Assembly (NCBI GenBank): GCA_964016885.1
Contig: CAXHJY010001187.1
Location: forward strand, 1-64,000
Length of the DNA stretch: 64,000 nt
Source: Eledone cirrhosa
Lineage: Eukaryota
Reading direction: 5' to 3'
Part shown: positions 39,626 through 53,031 of the stretch, piece after piece
Numbering within the stretch: position 1 is the stretch's first letter
Layout of the letters: each line of letters starts with the position of its first letter
Position numbers and translations under genes: made by a program
Notes under the pieces: generated by a model
Told to the model about the DNA's origin: nothing
What the model saw: only the letters and a program-made list of their open reading frames with translations
The model's database searches: none

Positions 39626-39956
39626 ATCATCATCATCATCATTTCATTTTACGTCCGCTTTTCCCTGCTTGCAAGGGTAGGACGGGAACTGATTCTGGCT
39701 TGATTTCTACAGCTGGATGCCCTTCCTAACACCAACCTCATTTACAGTGAGTGCTGGGTGCTTTATTGCCGTGGAACCTACACGACCACTTTGCAGTCGA
39801 ATGATAGGGACCCCAGTTCCTATCATCTCATTTCTACAGCTGAGTAAACTGGAGCAATGTGAAATAAAGTGTCTTGCTCAAGGAAACAACACATCACCCG
39901 GTCTGAGAATTGAACTCACAACCTTTCGATTGCAAGGCCAATGCTCTATCCCGGCC
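39626..39956 (-). mobile_element. tRNA-derived SINE with CORE-like middle and RTE-derived tail
   Basis: The minus strand reads GGCCGGGATAGAGCATTGG, then B box GTGAGTTCAATTC, then TTTCCTTGAGCAAGACACTT (CORE-like), then RTE 3' UTR sequence and (ATG)n. Confidence 0.85.
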
Positions 39957-40054
39957 GATTAACTCACTCGATATGCAAATTAGATTGCTCAGCCGTTAAT
40001 ATGCATAAGGAAAGTATATACTTTCAGACGTTTAACCATCTGGCAGGAAGGTAT

Positions 40055-40097
40055 ACGTTGCTGACGATAGCTAATAAGCTTGAAACTAGTACAGCGT
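40055..40097 (+). ncRNA. Minimal type I hammerhead ribozyme (Penelope-like/retrozyme type)
   Basis: ACGTTG-CTGACGA-T-AGCT-AATA-AGCT-T-GAAA-CTAG-TA-CAGCGT: stem I of 6 bp, intact core boxes, stem II of 4 bp and a palindromic mini stem III. Predicted cut after GUA at 40091. Confidence 0.8.
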
Positions 40098-43033
40098 TCC
40101 TTTGTCAGTGTTGAACAAATGAGCAACGATGGTTGCTAGACACTGTACGGCTTAATTCGGGATGTTTGTTTACAAACACACCGAGATATGTGTATGTATG
40201 TATGTATATGTGTATGTATGTATGTATATGTGTATGTATGTATGTATATGTTTATGTATGTATATATATGTATATGTTTATGTATATATATATATGTTTA
40301 TGTATATATATATATGTTTATGTATATATATATGTTTATGTATATATATATGTTTATGTATATATATATGTGTATGTATATATATATGTGTATTTATATA
40401 TATATGTGTATTTATATATATATGTGTATGTATATATATATGTGTATGTATATATATATGTGTATGTATATATATATGTGTATGTATATATATATATGTG
40501 TATGTATATATATATATGTATATATGTGTATGTATATATATATGTGTATGTATATATATATAAGTATATATGTGTATGTATATTTATATATGTATATATA
40601 TGTTTATGTATATTTATATATGTATATATATGTTTATGTATATATATATGTGTATATATATCTATCTATATATATATGTATATGTGTATATATATGTATG
40701 TGTGTATGTGTATATATATATGTATATATGTGTGTATGTGTATATATATATGTATATATGTGTGTATGTGTATATATATATGTATATATGTGTATGTGTA
40801 TATATATATGTATATATGTGTGTATGTGTATATATATATGTATATATGTGTGTATGTATATATATATATGTATATATGTGTGTATGTGTATATATATATG
40901 TATATATGTGTATGTATATATATATATGTATATGTGTGTATGTATATATATATATGTATATATGTGTGTATGTATATATATATATATGTGTGTATGTATA
41001 TATATGTATATATATGTGTATGTATATATATATATGTATATATATGTGTATGTATATATATATATGTATATATATGTGTATGTATATATATATATGTATA
41101 TATATGTGTATGTATATATATATATGTATATATATGTGTATGCATATATATGTATGTATATATGTGTATGTATATATGTGTATGTATATATTTGTACGTA
41201 TATATGTGTATGTATATATATATATGTATATATATGTGTATATATATATGTATATATATGTGTATGTATATATGTGTATGTATATATATATATGTATATA
41301 TATGTGTATGTATATGTGTATGTATATATGTGTATATATGTGTATGTATATGTGTATGTATATATGTGTATGTATGTGTATGTATGTATATATATGTATG
41401 TGTATGTATATATATATATGTGTATGTATGTATATATATATGTGTATGTATGTATGTATATACATATGTGTATGTATATGTGTATGTATGTATATGTATA
41501 TGTGTATGTATGTATATATATATGTGTATGTATGTATATATATATATGTGTATGTATGTATATATATATATATATATGTGTGTATGTGTGTATGTATGTA
41601 TATATATATATATATATGTGTGTATGTATGTATATATATATGTGTATGTATGTATATATATATGTGTATGTATGTATATATATATATGTGTGTATGTATG
41701 TATGTGTGTATGTATGTATGTATATATATATATGTGTATGTATATATATATGTGTATGTATATATATATATGTGTATGTATGTATATATATATGTGTATG
41801 TATGTATATATATGTGTATGTATATATATATATGTATGTATATATATATATATGTGTATGTATGTATGTATATATATATATATGTGTATGTATGTATATA
41901 TATATGTGTATGTATGTATATATATATATATGTGTATGTATGTATATATATATATATGTGTATGTATGTATATATATATATATGTGTATGTATGTATATA
42001 TATATATATATATGTATGTATATATATATATATATGTGTATGTATGTATATATATATATATGTGTATGTATGTATATATATATATATGTGTATGTATGTA
42101 TATATATATATATGTGTATGTATGTATATATATATATATATGTGTATCTATGTATATATATATATATATGTGTATCTATGTATATATATATATATATGTG
42201 TATGTATGTATATATATATATATATGTGTATCTATGTATATATATATATATATGTGTATCTATGTATGTATATATATATATGTGTATGTATGTATATATA
42301 TATATATATGTGTATGTATGTATATATATATATATGTGTATGTATGTATATATATATATATGTGTATGTATGTATATATATATATATATGTGTATGTATG
42401 TATATATATATATATATATGTGTATGTATGTATATATATATATATATATGTGTATGTATGTATATATATATATATATGTGTATGTATGTATATATATATA
42501 TATATGTGTATTCATGTATATATATATATGTATGTATATATATATATATATGTGTATGTATGTATATATATATATATATATGTGTATTCATGTATATATA
42601 TATATGTATGTATATATATATATATGTGTATGTATGTATATATATATATATATATGTGTATTCATGTATATATATATATGTATGTATATATATATATATG
42701 TGTATCTATGTATGTATATATATATATGTGTATGTATGTATATATATATATATGTGTATCTATGTATATATATATATATATATGTATGTATGTACATATA
42801 TATGTGTATGTATGTATATATATATATATGTGTATGTATGTATATGTGTATGTATGTATGTATATATATATATGTGTATGTATGTATATATATATATATA
42901 TGTGTGTATGTATGTATGTATATATATATATATATGTGTATGTATGTATATATATGTTTGTATGTATATATGTGTGTATGTATGTATATATATATATATA
43001 TATATGTGTGTATGTATATATATATATATATAT

Positions 43034-43643
43034 GTCAGGTCACCAGTTGGTGCTACTGGTAACATGTATCCCAGTACAACCTGTCTCATGGTCGGGTCGT
43101 TGGCGACTAAACTGGCAACCCCACCAAGGTTTCTTGGTGAGGAGGGTGACTTTGGACATCCTGCAGGACTAAAAACAAAACCTGTCAAAGGGCAAAGGAG
43201 CTCTTAAGAGTCAATGGCCATCCAAAATCACCGGGAGAGATGACCCCTTAGCCTTTGTCAAGGCAGAATTCTAGGAGAAGGAAAACTCTGATATAACACC
43301 TGCAACCCTGATGGTATCCAATGATGTTGACTTGTTCTTCTTTTTGGTAAATATCATCTTGGTTAAGAGAGTGGGACTGGCTTTGTGCAGTGCCTTTGCT
43401 CACTATAAAAGCTTCACGGCACAGGCATTGCTTTATATCTGGAGATCTCTCTGCACTTGTCGTCACATGGTACCATGGGCCCAACACTATGTGTCAATAA
43501 TTGTCACAAGTGTAGTCTTTGTACCAGAGTTTTCAAGTCGCTGGCTGGACTAAAAAGTCACACTCGTTCAGCGCATCAGTAGGGGTTCTCCTACATGGAT
43601 ATAAAGTAGTGGCCGTACTCGAAAACGAGTTGGCAGCCACCAT
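43034..43643 (+). mobile_element. ~610-bp non-autonomous element, copy 4 (full length)
   Basis: Same 5' start (GTCAGGTCACCAG) and 3' end as copy 1. Confidence 0.9.
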
Positions 43644-45090
43644 ATATATGTGTATGTATATATATATATATTTGTGTATGTATATATATATATATATGTG
43701 TGTATGTATATACATATATATATGTGTATGTATATATATATATATATGTGTATGTATATATATGTGTATGTATGTATATATGTGTGTATGTATGTATGTA
43801 TATATGTGTATGTATATATATATATGTGTGTATGTATATATATATATATATATGTGTGTGTATGTATGTATATATATATATGTATATATGTGTGTATGTA
43901 TGTATATATGTATATGTATATATGTGTGTATGTATGTATATATGTATATGTATATATGTGTGTATGTATGTATATATGTATATGTATATATGTGTGTATG
44001 TATGTATATATGTATATGTATATATGTGTGTATGTATGTATATATGTATATGTATATGTGTGTATGTATGTATATATGTATATGTATATATCTGTGTATG
44101 TATGTATATATATATATGTATATATGTGTGTATGTATGTATATATATATGTATATATGTGTGTATGTATGTATATATGTATATATGTGTGTATGTATGTA
44201 TATATGTATATATGTGTGTATGTATATATATATGTATATATGTGTGTATGTATGTCTATATATGTATATATGTGTGTATGTATGTCTATATATATATATG
44301 TATATATGTGTGTATGTATGTATATATATATATATGTATATATGTGTGTATGTATGTATATATATATATATGTATATATGTGTATGTATGTATATATATA
44401 TATATGTATATATGTGTATGTATGTATATATATATATGTATGTGTGTGTATGTATGTATATATATATATGTATATATGTGTATGTATGTATATATATATA
44501 TATGTATATATGTGTATGTATGTATATATATATATATGTATATATGTGTATGTCTGTATGTATATATATATATATGTATATATGTGTATGTATGTATGTA
44601 TATATATATATATGTATATATGTGTATGTATGTATGTATATATATATATATGTATATATGTATGTATATATATATATGTATATATGTGTGTATGTATGTA
44701 TATATATATATGTATATATGTATGTATATATATATATATATATATGTATATATGTGTGTGTGTATGTATGTATATATATATATGTATATATGTGTGTATG
44801 TATGTATGTATATATATGTATATATGTGTGTATGTATGTATGTATATATATATATATGTATATATGTGTGTATGTATGTATATATATATATGTATATATG
44901 TGTGTATGTATGTATATATATATATGTATATATGTGTGTATGTATGTATGTATATATATATATGTATATATGTGTGTATGTATGTATGTATATATATATA
45001 TGTATATATGTGTGTATGTATGTATGTATATATATATGTATATATGTGTGTATGTATGTATATATGTATATGTATATATATGTGTATGTA

Positions 45091-45728
45091 TGCTTCCATG
45101 TTTGGAATTTCTTATCTAGCTCGGCCATTGATTCAGCTATGAGCATTAGATCATCTGCGTATAGGAGTTCCCATGGGCAGCCGGTCTTGAACTCCACTGT
45201 TGTAGCCTGAAGGGCAATGATAAATAGTAGGGGGCTAAGAACAGAGCCCTGATGGACGCCAACTTTTACGCTAAACTCTTCACTATATTCGTTGTTAATT
45301 CTAACCTTGCTGACTGTTTCTGTATACATGGCTTGTATAGCTCTCACAAGCCATTCATCAACACCTAGTTTTCTAAGAGCCCACCAGATAATGGAACGGG
45401 GGACTCTGTCGAAGGCTTTCTCCAAGTCGACAAAAGCTAAGTATAGGGGTTTACTTTTAGCTAGGTACTTCTCCTGTAGTTGTCGTACAATGAAAAGAGC
45501 GTCTGTGGTACTTTTGCCTGACACAAACCCGAACTACATTTCATCTAGATCAATTCTCTCTCTGATTAGTTGCGCTATTACTTTTTCCGTGACCTTCATG
45601 ACCTGGTCGATTAATTTAATGCCTCTATAGTTACTCCTATCTAGGGCATGTCCTTTACCCTTGTAACAGTTAATGATGATGCTGCTTCGCCAGTCCTTCG
45701 GAACAACCCCATTCTGTATGACTTGGTT
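45091..45728 (-). mobile_element. RTE family A internal RT fragment
   Basis: [14 protein letters not shown] and KFQTWKH; both ends are missing. Confidence 0.9.
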
Positions 45729-45755
45729 TATTGATATATGAGGTCAGGGAGACTG

Positions 45756-46778
45756 CTCCCTGACCTCACATATCAATAAGGTCATGGAACGAATCATCAG
45801 AAAGGAACTGATCATGTTCCTTGAGGAAAATAACTGCCTAACTAACACTCAGCATGGCTTTCGCCCGAGAAGAAGCTGCCTTACACAGCTTTTACAACAT
45901 TACAACTGGGTACTGAAACAACTGCTAGACAGCTCAAATGTGGAAGTGATATATGTTGGCTTTGCGAAGGCCTTCGGCAATGTCGGTCATGGAATGATCT
46001 GTCACAAACTACACAGAATTGGCATAAGTGGAAAAGTAGGTGAGTGGTTGCAAGACTTCTTAAAAGACAAGAAACCTGACTGTTACTGCCAACAGGGCCC
46101 TCTCAAAGGAAACATCAATAAGCAGTGTGCGTCAGGGCATGGTCTTGGGACCACTACTGTTTTTGGTGTCTCTTTCAAACATGCCCTCTGCAGTACATAC
46201 AACATCCTTCACAAGCTGATGACACAAAGGTAGCACAGGCAATCAAGAGCCTGGCTGATGCTACTCTTTTGCAACAAGATCTGGATGCCATATATAAATG
46301 GGCTGAGGACATCAACATGCAATTTAATGCTGGAAAATTTCAAGCCCTATGATATCAACCTACTAAAACAAGAACAGTACAACAAAACTACACTGGACCA
46401 GGAAGGATTAAAATTCCCGTGTCAAAATTGATATGAGACCTGGGTATAAACACTAGTGATGGTGCATCATTTTAGTCATCATGAAAATGGTGACAATGTG
46501 CAGATGACTTGCTGGCTGGATCTTGAGGTCTTTCAAGACAAGAGATTGAGAAACCATGTAGGTACATAGTGTCAAACTAACCATGGAGCTTAAAGCAATC
46601 CAATGGAGTTACACCAAGAGGATTGCCACGATGAAGGAGGTGAGCTACTGGGAGGTTAAAAGAACTAAAACTCTACTTGGAACGAGGATGGGAGAGGTAT
46701 GCAGTGATATACATTTGAAAGGACTAGCACCAAACTTTGGCATTGAGAGCTGGACCAACCCTCGAACAGGACATCAAC
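45756..46778 (+). mobile_element. Degenerate CR1-group LINE RT fragment
   Basis: SLTSHINKVMERII, QHGFRPRRSCLTQLL, FAKAF, ADDTKVAQAIK. Homologous to 26213-27200 but frameshifted. Confidence 0.85.
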
Positions 46779-47068
46779 CTACATAGCCTTTTCTCTGGCA
46801 ACAATATACCTACTCCACCCAGGTTCTTGCTTGTGAGGTGACTGACTGATGTTCTCATCCATCTCACCTCTTCTATTTATTATACATTTATTCATCTCTG
46901 CAGACCAGCCTTTCATTGTGCCAGTTGATGGTAACAATATTAAAGTCTTGTTTCTGACAGGATAGGAAATTCTCCATTGGTAGTGAGTGAGTTGCTTGAT
47001 ATCATAAGTTGATGATGGTTGGAGAGAGCTCATACCCAACTACCTTACAACTTTGTGTAGTTGTAATA

Positions 47069-47616
47069 CTAGCAGAAAAACCACCGTTCGGGTGGTTTTA
47101 TGCTAGCATGTGTAGTGTGCATATTGATATTATACGCAAATATATATGCATGTAGATATGATACGTCAAATGAAATCGTAATTGACAATGTGCACAGAAA
47201 TGGAATGAAGTCTGTGTTATACTCTTCTGTAATCAGAAAAGTAATCCATGATACATTAAAAAAAAGACGATATTATATATAAACCATACATAAACTAAAA
47301 TGTTATGAAAACAAAAAAGGAGAAAATTAGCGACAGAAATATAAGCCTATATAACGATGCATAACGTTTATACAAGCGATGTAATAAGTGTTATAATATA
47401 ACGGACGCTAAGTGGAAGTGTTGACTTTTGAAAATTTTAAAGAAGTATATTTTAGAATAAGCAATACTTTATATATAAGAATATTTGTTTAATCAAGAGC
47501 CACAAAATTTAGTAGATAAATTACATAATATTCATTCACTATTTATTCGAAGTAATCCAATTTATTTTACTAACGGGATAAAAAAATATAAAGTAGACGC
47601 TTTATTATGTTATAGA
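47069..47616 (-). mobile_element. Non-autonomous Helitron (~550 bp)
   Basis: On the minus strand the 5' end is A|TCTATAACATAATAAA. The 3' end has a 9-bp hairpin (47077-47085/47091-47099) followed by CTAG|T. The 5' end is less certain. Confidence 0.7.
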
Positions 47617-48169
47617 TTAACATGATAGGTGATATCCTTGTAAATGTAACTATTTTTTTAATAAATTGTAACTATCTATACATATATATAAACCTGAAAT
47701 TGTCTGTGTATGTGTCCTAATTTTTGCAAATCCACATTTCTACTCCGATTGACTTCAAACTTGCATTTATATATTCCTTGCGGTCTAAAGATCTTAACTG
47801 CAGCTTTTATTTTTCAATTTTCTATTGTTAAAGGTGTGTTAGGCACTGGTTAGTGATCTCTCTCTCTTAGTCTATCTTTTTAGATAGATACATAGCTATA
47901 ACGTTGCGCCCATATAATATGTCTGTATGTCTGGATGTCTGCATTACGACATTATAAAAACATTCTCATTGCTGACGTATTATCTTCGCTATTTTCCGTT
48001 CATTGCCAGGGAACGTTTTCACGAACCAAAGTATCATCTTCCTGTTTTCCTTCGGTTGCAACGTTTTTCGAAATATTTACTTCTGTGTTCACTGATTGAC
48101 TTTTTTAAGTTTCAGAAGATCTCATTAAGGATGAAAGCAGCGATTCTTTTCTTAAACTTTAATCTGTTA

Positions 48170-48216
<47 letters not shown>

Positions 48217-48220
<4 letters not shown>

Positions 48221-49171
48221 GAAATTCCAAACATGGAAGCCCGGCCTAGAATCAAAAGGCCTTAAAATTTACCTGGCTAAGACTAAAGTTCTAGTTTGTA
48301 AGAAAGAAAATAAGGCGGCGGTCCCCTCCGGGAAGTGGCCATGCTCAGTGTGTAGGAAAGGCGTAGGTAGAAACTCCATTTTGTGTCCCAAATGCAAAGT
48401 ATGGGTGCATAAAAGATGTAGAGGGATCACAGGTAAGCTAACTAAGAACATAGATTTTACATGTGGCCGGTGTTCTGGGGCAATAAGTAGCAGCAAGTGC
48501 CCAAAAAATACTAGCTCTTTCAACTGCGCAGAGGGTTCTATAGAAATAGTGGACAGCTTCCGTTACCTGGGTGACAAAATCAGCAGTGGGGGAGGGTGCT
48601 CTGAAAGTACAGTAGCTAGAGTCAGAACTGGATGGAAAAAGTTCAGAGAGCTTATTACCGCTATTAGCCGCTAAAGGGTTCTCCCTAAAAATGAAAAGCA
48701 GGTTGTACGATGCCTGCATACGAACAGCAATGTTGCATGGCAGTGAGACCTGGGCATTGTGTGCAGAGGATATACGCAGACTAGAGAGAAACGAAGCTTG
48801 CATGCTCCGCTGGATGTGTAATAGTAATATACGTGAACGGCAAAGCATAAACGAACTAAGGAAAAAATTAGAAATAAAAGGGATCAGATGTTGTTTACTC
48901 GAGAGAAGGCTACGTTGGTATGGTCACGTGATGCGCATGAAGGACGATAGCTGTATAACAAAGTGCAGGGCAATAAAGATAGATGGTAGCCACGGAATAG
49001 GCAGAAAAACCTGGGATGAGCTGATAAATTCCGACCTCACACACTTAACCTCACCAAGACAATGCCACTGGACCGAGACCTTTGGCGGTACTCAGTAATA
49101 GAGAAGACCCGCCTTACCTAAGTACAAAGTAAAACCTACTACAGTCAGTAGGCATCTCTAACAAAATACAC
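48217..49171 (+). mobile_element. RTE family A fragment (PHD to ORF end, no tail) after a (TA)21 run
   Basis: Runs from KKFQTWK to TRLT, with frameshifts near 48652 and 49000. Ends about 50 bp into the 3' UTR. Confidence 0.92.
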
Positions 49172-49234
49172 ACTGACGAGTTTACTCCTTACTCTACCAG
49201 TTCGTCTTAGTGTACTTCGTCCTGCTTTTAGGTC

Positions 49235-49605
49235 ATGCCTCGAAGGAAGAGATACTCTATTGGCTGAAATACTGCGAAAGCGGCAAGAAAAAGAACAAAG
49301 CGGGCAAACGAATCGTCAGTGGAATCTGCTATTCGACGGTCGCAAGATGCTGAATGTACTGCCACCAGAAGAGCACTTGAAACAGACAACCAACGAACCA
49401 TTCGCCGAACCATGTCAGCTTTGCAATGTCTATCAACAAATCCCAGGGTCAGACCCTAGCTGTTGCTGGTCTTCTTTTGGAAGAGCCATGTTTTTCACAT
49501 GGGCAACTATATGTTGGCTGTTCAAGAGTGGGAAGCAAGACAGATCTCTTTGCATATGCCTGACACGGAAGAACAAGGAACATTGTGTACAAGGAGGTGC
49601 TACAA
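49235..49605 (+). pseudogene. Helitron RepHel remnant: basic N-terminus joined to the Pif1-like helicase C-terminus
   Basis: MPRRKRYSIG*NTAKAARKR from 49235, then in another frame from 49420 FAMSINKSQGQTL, CFSHGQLYVGCSRVG and TRNIVYKEVL (helicase motifs V-VI). Confidence 0.88.
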
Positions 49606-50329
49606 TCATTGTTTAGGCAGACGAGGCAGAAGGGGATATACATGATTGGCTGAAGAAGGACGAGACTGTGTTAGTAGTACGACCAACGGCTGCTATCACA
49701 CCAACAGCAGCAAAAACAACAAAAAAGAGAGGGAACGCAATTACATGCTTTTGAAAAATCTTAATGGAAAATTATTTGCCTAAGCACAAAATGTAGACAC
49801 CATCCGCAGGCCGAGGTATTCCGTACTTCTCTGTACTGTTTCAGAAAGGAGGGATAAACATGTCAATCTATGTTTAGAAGCCCGAGCAACGCCAGGCCAT
49901 TCTGCTAGTTTTTTTATAATTGTGACTATCGTGTTTTGGCATGTTTTTTTTTAAAGTGTTTAGATACCCTTCCTGTCACCAATCACTTTACAGCATGGAT
50001 TAGGTACAGTTTATTATGCCACAAGCACTTGGGAGGCTGTCTTTCAGAATTAGTCTTCCTTCTATTTTAGTTTTAATTCAGAGAGATTTGTAAATTCCAC
50101 ACTCCCTCCATGCAGTTAGGGCAGAACAGTTTTCTTATACTGTTGGGTTTATTATATTTCTCTAGTTTCCTTGATGGGTCACCTTCACTATCTGCCTGTG
50201 AAAGAGAGGAGTCTTTGATAACCAAGTATTTGAATGTGTATGTAGATGTATGAACTTGAACTATATGCTGAAGCCTTCAATTTTTCAAAGCTTCATATTC
50301 TTAACTTTATTTGAACAACATCACAGATA

Positions 50330-50625
50330 CAGTGTACCCCAGCATTTGCGGTTCCTGTTATTCGCAAAATTTTCCTTAGAACCTAATAATTATTTGTAGG
50401 AATCACCACATTGTTGAATCGTAAATATCTTCTGCAATTTTTTGTGGCGATATATATTTTTTAATGCTAAATTATTAATAAAAAATATACTGTATTTGCC
50501 GGCTTATATTTTACATTGTTTTGAAGTTTATAGGCATTTTTATGGACCACGTCCAATATTCGCGGTTTTTCACTCTTCGCGGGTGCTCTATGAACGTAAC
50601 CCCCGTGAATACCGGGGGACAACTA
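50330..50625. mobile_element. Degenerate Tigger/pogo-type MITE
   Basis: TA|CAGTGTACCCC left end, GGGGGACAACTA right end, and repeated ATTCGCG/TTCGCG subterminal motifs. Confidence 0.5.
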
Positions 50626-51945
50626 TTTTGATTTTTTTTTTTTTTTTTTTTTTTTTACAATCAAGAAACATTTTAGCTTCAGTTGTATTAAAAACATTGT
50701 CATCTGATCAGCATCTTTGAGCCAATTATTGTTTAGGCAGTGATTGGTCAGTAAGACTGGCTGGCTCAATGTTGTGACCCAAACTTTACACTAGATGTAA
50801 AATGTAAACAAGAACCAATGCTCGAGCTTCCACTTGGTCATTCAAATTGTTAGCAAATTGCAGCCAAACATTTAACACCCTACTACCTTAAAAGGGGGGA
50901 AACATTGCAGAATTAAAATTTTGAAGCTGAATGTCTGAAAAGATGATTTAAATCTAGAAGTATAATAGGAATAGGTGGAAAAGTGCCCCTATTTAAGAAA
51001 ACAAGGCCTCACAGGTGGTGACTCCAAAATGAGATCAATAGAAAAGAGTTGTTACAGACTTGTCATCATAGAAAAAATGATAATGACTGTGCGAGTGAGG
51101 ATTGCTTTGTATTTGACAGTCAATAGTGCTGCTAGACAACTTGTCTGTAGACCATAAGTGTTTGGTAATATTTGTCTTATTTCCATTATGAAGAAGTAGC
51201 TCAGGAAATCCTTTTGCAGCCAATTACATTGTGATAATGTGTCATTAAGCATTAAATTTCATTATATTGTCTAAAAAGTGTTTGTTTGTTGGCAATAATA
51301 AAGCAACTTTGAATAGCTTGTTAGAATGGCTTAACTCTTGTTTTGTTGGACATTCAGTTGTTTCTTTCTCTGTTTATTGGATTGGCTTTAATGTTTGTTT
51401 GTTTTTATTACTTATAAAATTTAACTGTCAATAATGAAGTGTGTTTACTATAAGTGTGTAGTGTCCCTGAGCATGGCTTGTAACTCTGCTCCACTCATTC
51501 TGCCTGATCAAATAGGTTTGGAAAGGTTCTGTTCCTACGTTGAAGTTAAATAGCATTAAGAAGGATAGCCAGTTGTAAAAAAATAATTAACAATAACCAT
51601 CTAACTTATACCAATGCAAGAATATAAATGTGTTTGTGTGTGAGAATGATGGTTTTAGTTAAGGTATCATGAGTTTTTAGCCTGTTTGTAGATGTTTTTT
51701 TGATATTTTTATTTCCTGTTTTTTTTTTCTTTTTTAATCTGCAATTTTACTTGTAACAGATTTTGTGTATGCAATCATGTTCATATGTACAGTTTAAATA
51801 AGGAGTTGGAACTTGAAGAAAGTAAATAAAGTACACATACATAGACAGTTCTTCTTAATGTTGAGATATACTTCAAAGCTTCAGTAAATTACTTCAAATA
51901 TAATTACGTTATAAGACTTATAAACAAATATGGTTGAGATATGAC

Positions 51946-52176
51946 AAAAAGGGCCCACCCCACACTAAAGTAATTGTGTAGGTGTCCTGACAAAAAACAC
52001 CCAACATACACTGTAAATGTGGTAGGTGTTAGGAAGGACATCCAGCCGTAGAAACCAAGCCAAAACCAGTCCTGTATGAGCAAGTCGTGGTCATCAGACC
52101 TGGCTTGTCTCACAACGGGCAACTCGTCTAACTCATGCTAGCATGGAAAATGTATGTTAAACAGCGATGATGATGA
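51946..52176 (+). mobile_element. Old RTE 3' UTR or SINE-tail fragment
   Basis: GGTGTTAGGAAGGACATCCAGCCGTAGAAA, then CATGCTAGCATGGAAAA, then GATGATGATGA. Confidence 0.8.
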
Positions 52177-53031
52177 AATTGAAAGTATAATATAAATTTC
52201 ATAGCAGTATACTAAATTTTGTTAAAGCACAAGTATTTTTTTTCTCAAATCATTTAAACTTAATTATTTGTTGGTTGAAATTCATGTAAAGGTTTCCTCC
52301 AGCAGAAGAAGGATTAAGAAAGATATTTGGTAATTGCTGAATGGTTGAAAAATGCAGAAACAGCTGTATTGTTGCTCATATCCAAGATTGAAAGAATCAT
52401 TATTTCAAAACCGAATGTACCACTACCCACTGTCTTTTTGAAAGTAGAGTGGAACTATTTCAAGAAATGTTATTTCAATACTGGTCATAGCTTTATCCTT
52501 TGAAAGTAGAGTGAAATGATTTGAACAAAAGTTATTGCAATCCCTGACATACTATTATCAAGGATTTAAAGAAATATTTCAAAATCGGCTTGTTCAGGCA
52601 AAAAGAATATCTTGATATCAAGCAGTGGCATCTTTAGGGATGGACAAGTACACTGGTTTTCACCTGACTCTCAGTTCTGACTCCGGGACATTTTTCATCT
52701 ACAGTCTATCAATGGGTTAGTTTGAGGTAGGTTGTTTTTATGTGCATATAGAAAATCATTAGTTATTAGAAATGATATACAGTGAGTCTTCGATATACGA
52801 TATATATGCGTTCCTGAAACCCTTACCGTATATCGAATTACCGTATAAAGAACCCATTATAACATGAAATAGATAGGGATGCGTTCCAGCACATCAAAAA
52901 AGTCATCCCTACAGAAAAGAAATATTGTTTTTTTTTATTTACTGTACCTTACACATGCCGCGCAGTCCATCAGATGATGTGCCTCGTCATTTGTCCCTCC
53001 CGAGGCTAAGGGATAGTATGGGTTTCAGCCC

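Larger units (their letters stand above)
34223..45090. repeat. TATATATGTGTATG-type compound microsatellite field (interrupted by listed insertions)
   Basis: Recurrent GTATATATATGTGTATGTA(TA)n units, shifting to TGTGTATGTATG after about 41350. Confidence 0.95.
47675..49908 (+). mobile_element. Internally deleted Helitron containing an RTE fragment
   Basis: 5' A|TCTATACATATATATAAA; 3' GCCCGAGCAACGCCAGGC then CTAG|T; RepHel remnants at 49235-49605. Confidence 0.75.

Noticed and set aside
39880-39956. tRNA gene
   Set aside because: A/B-box-like sequence without a complete cloverleaf, joined to a SINE body and tail.
22-45142. Dozens of long ORFs rich in Y/I/M/C/V or Y/I/H/T (up to 1064 aa)
   Set aside because: TA/TG repeats rarely form stop codons, so overlapping frames are all open. 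There is no domain content.
45091-48240. Family A fragments at 45091 (-) and 48217 (+) overlap by 22 nt at KFQTWK, suggesting one element split by a 3.1-kb inversion
   Set aside because: Such an inversion would break the Helitron at 47675-49908, whose ends are co-oriented with matching flanks. Unresolved without other haplotypes.
49173-49215. CTGACGA as a possible hammerhead core
   Set aside because: No stem II or downstream GAAA box.
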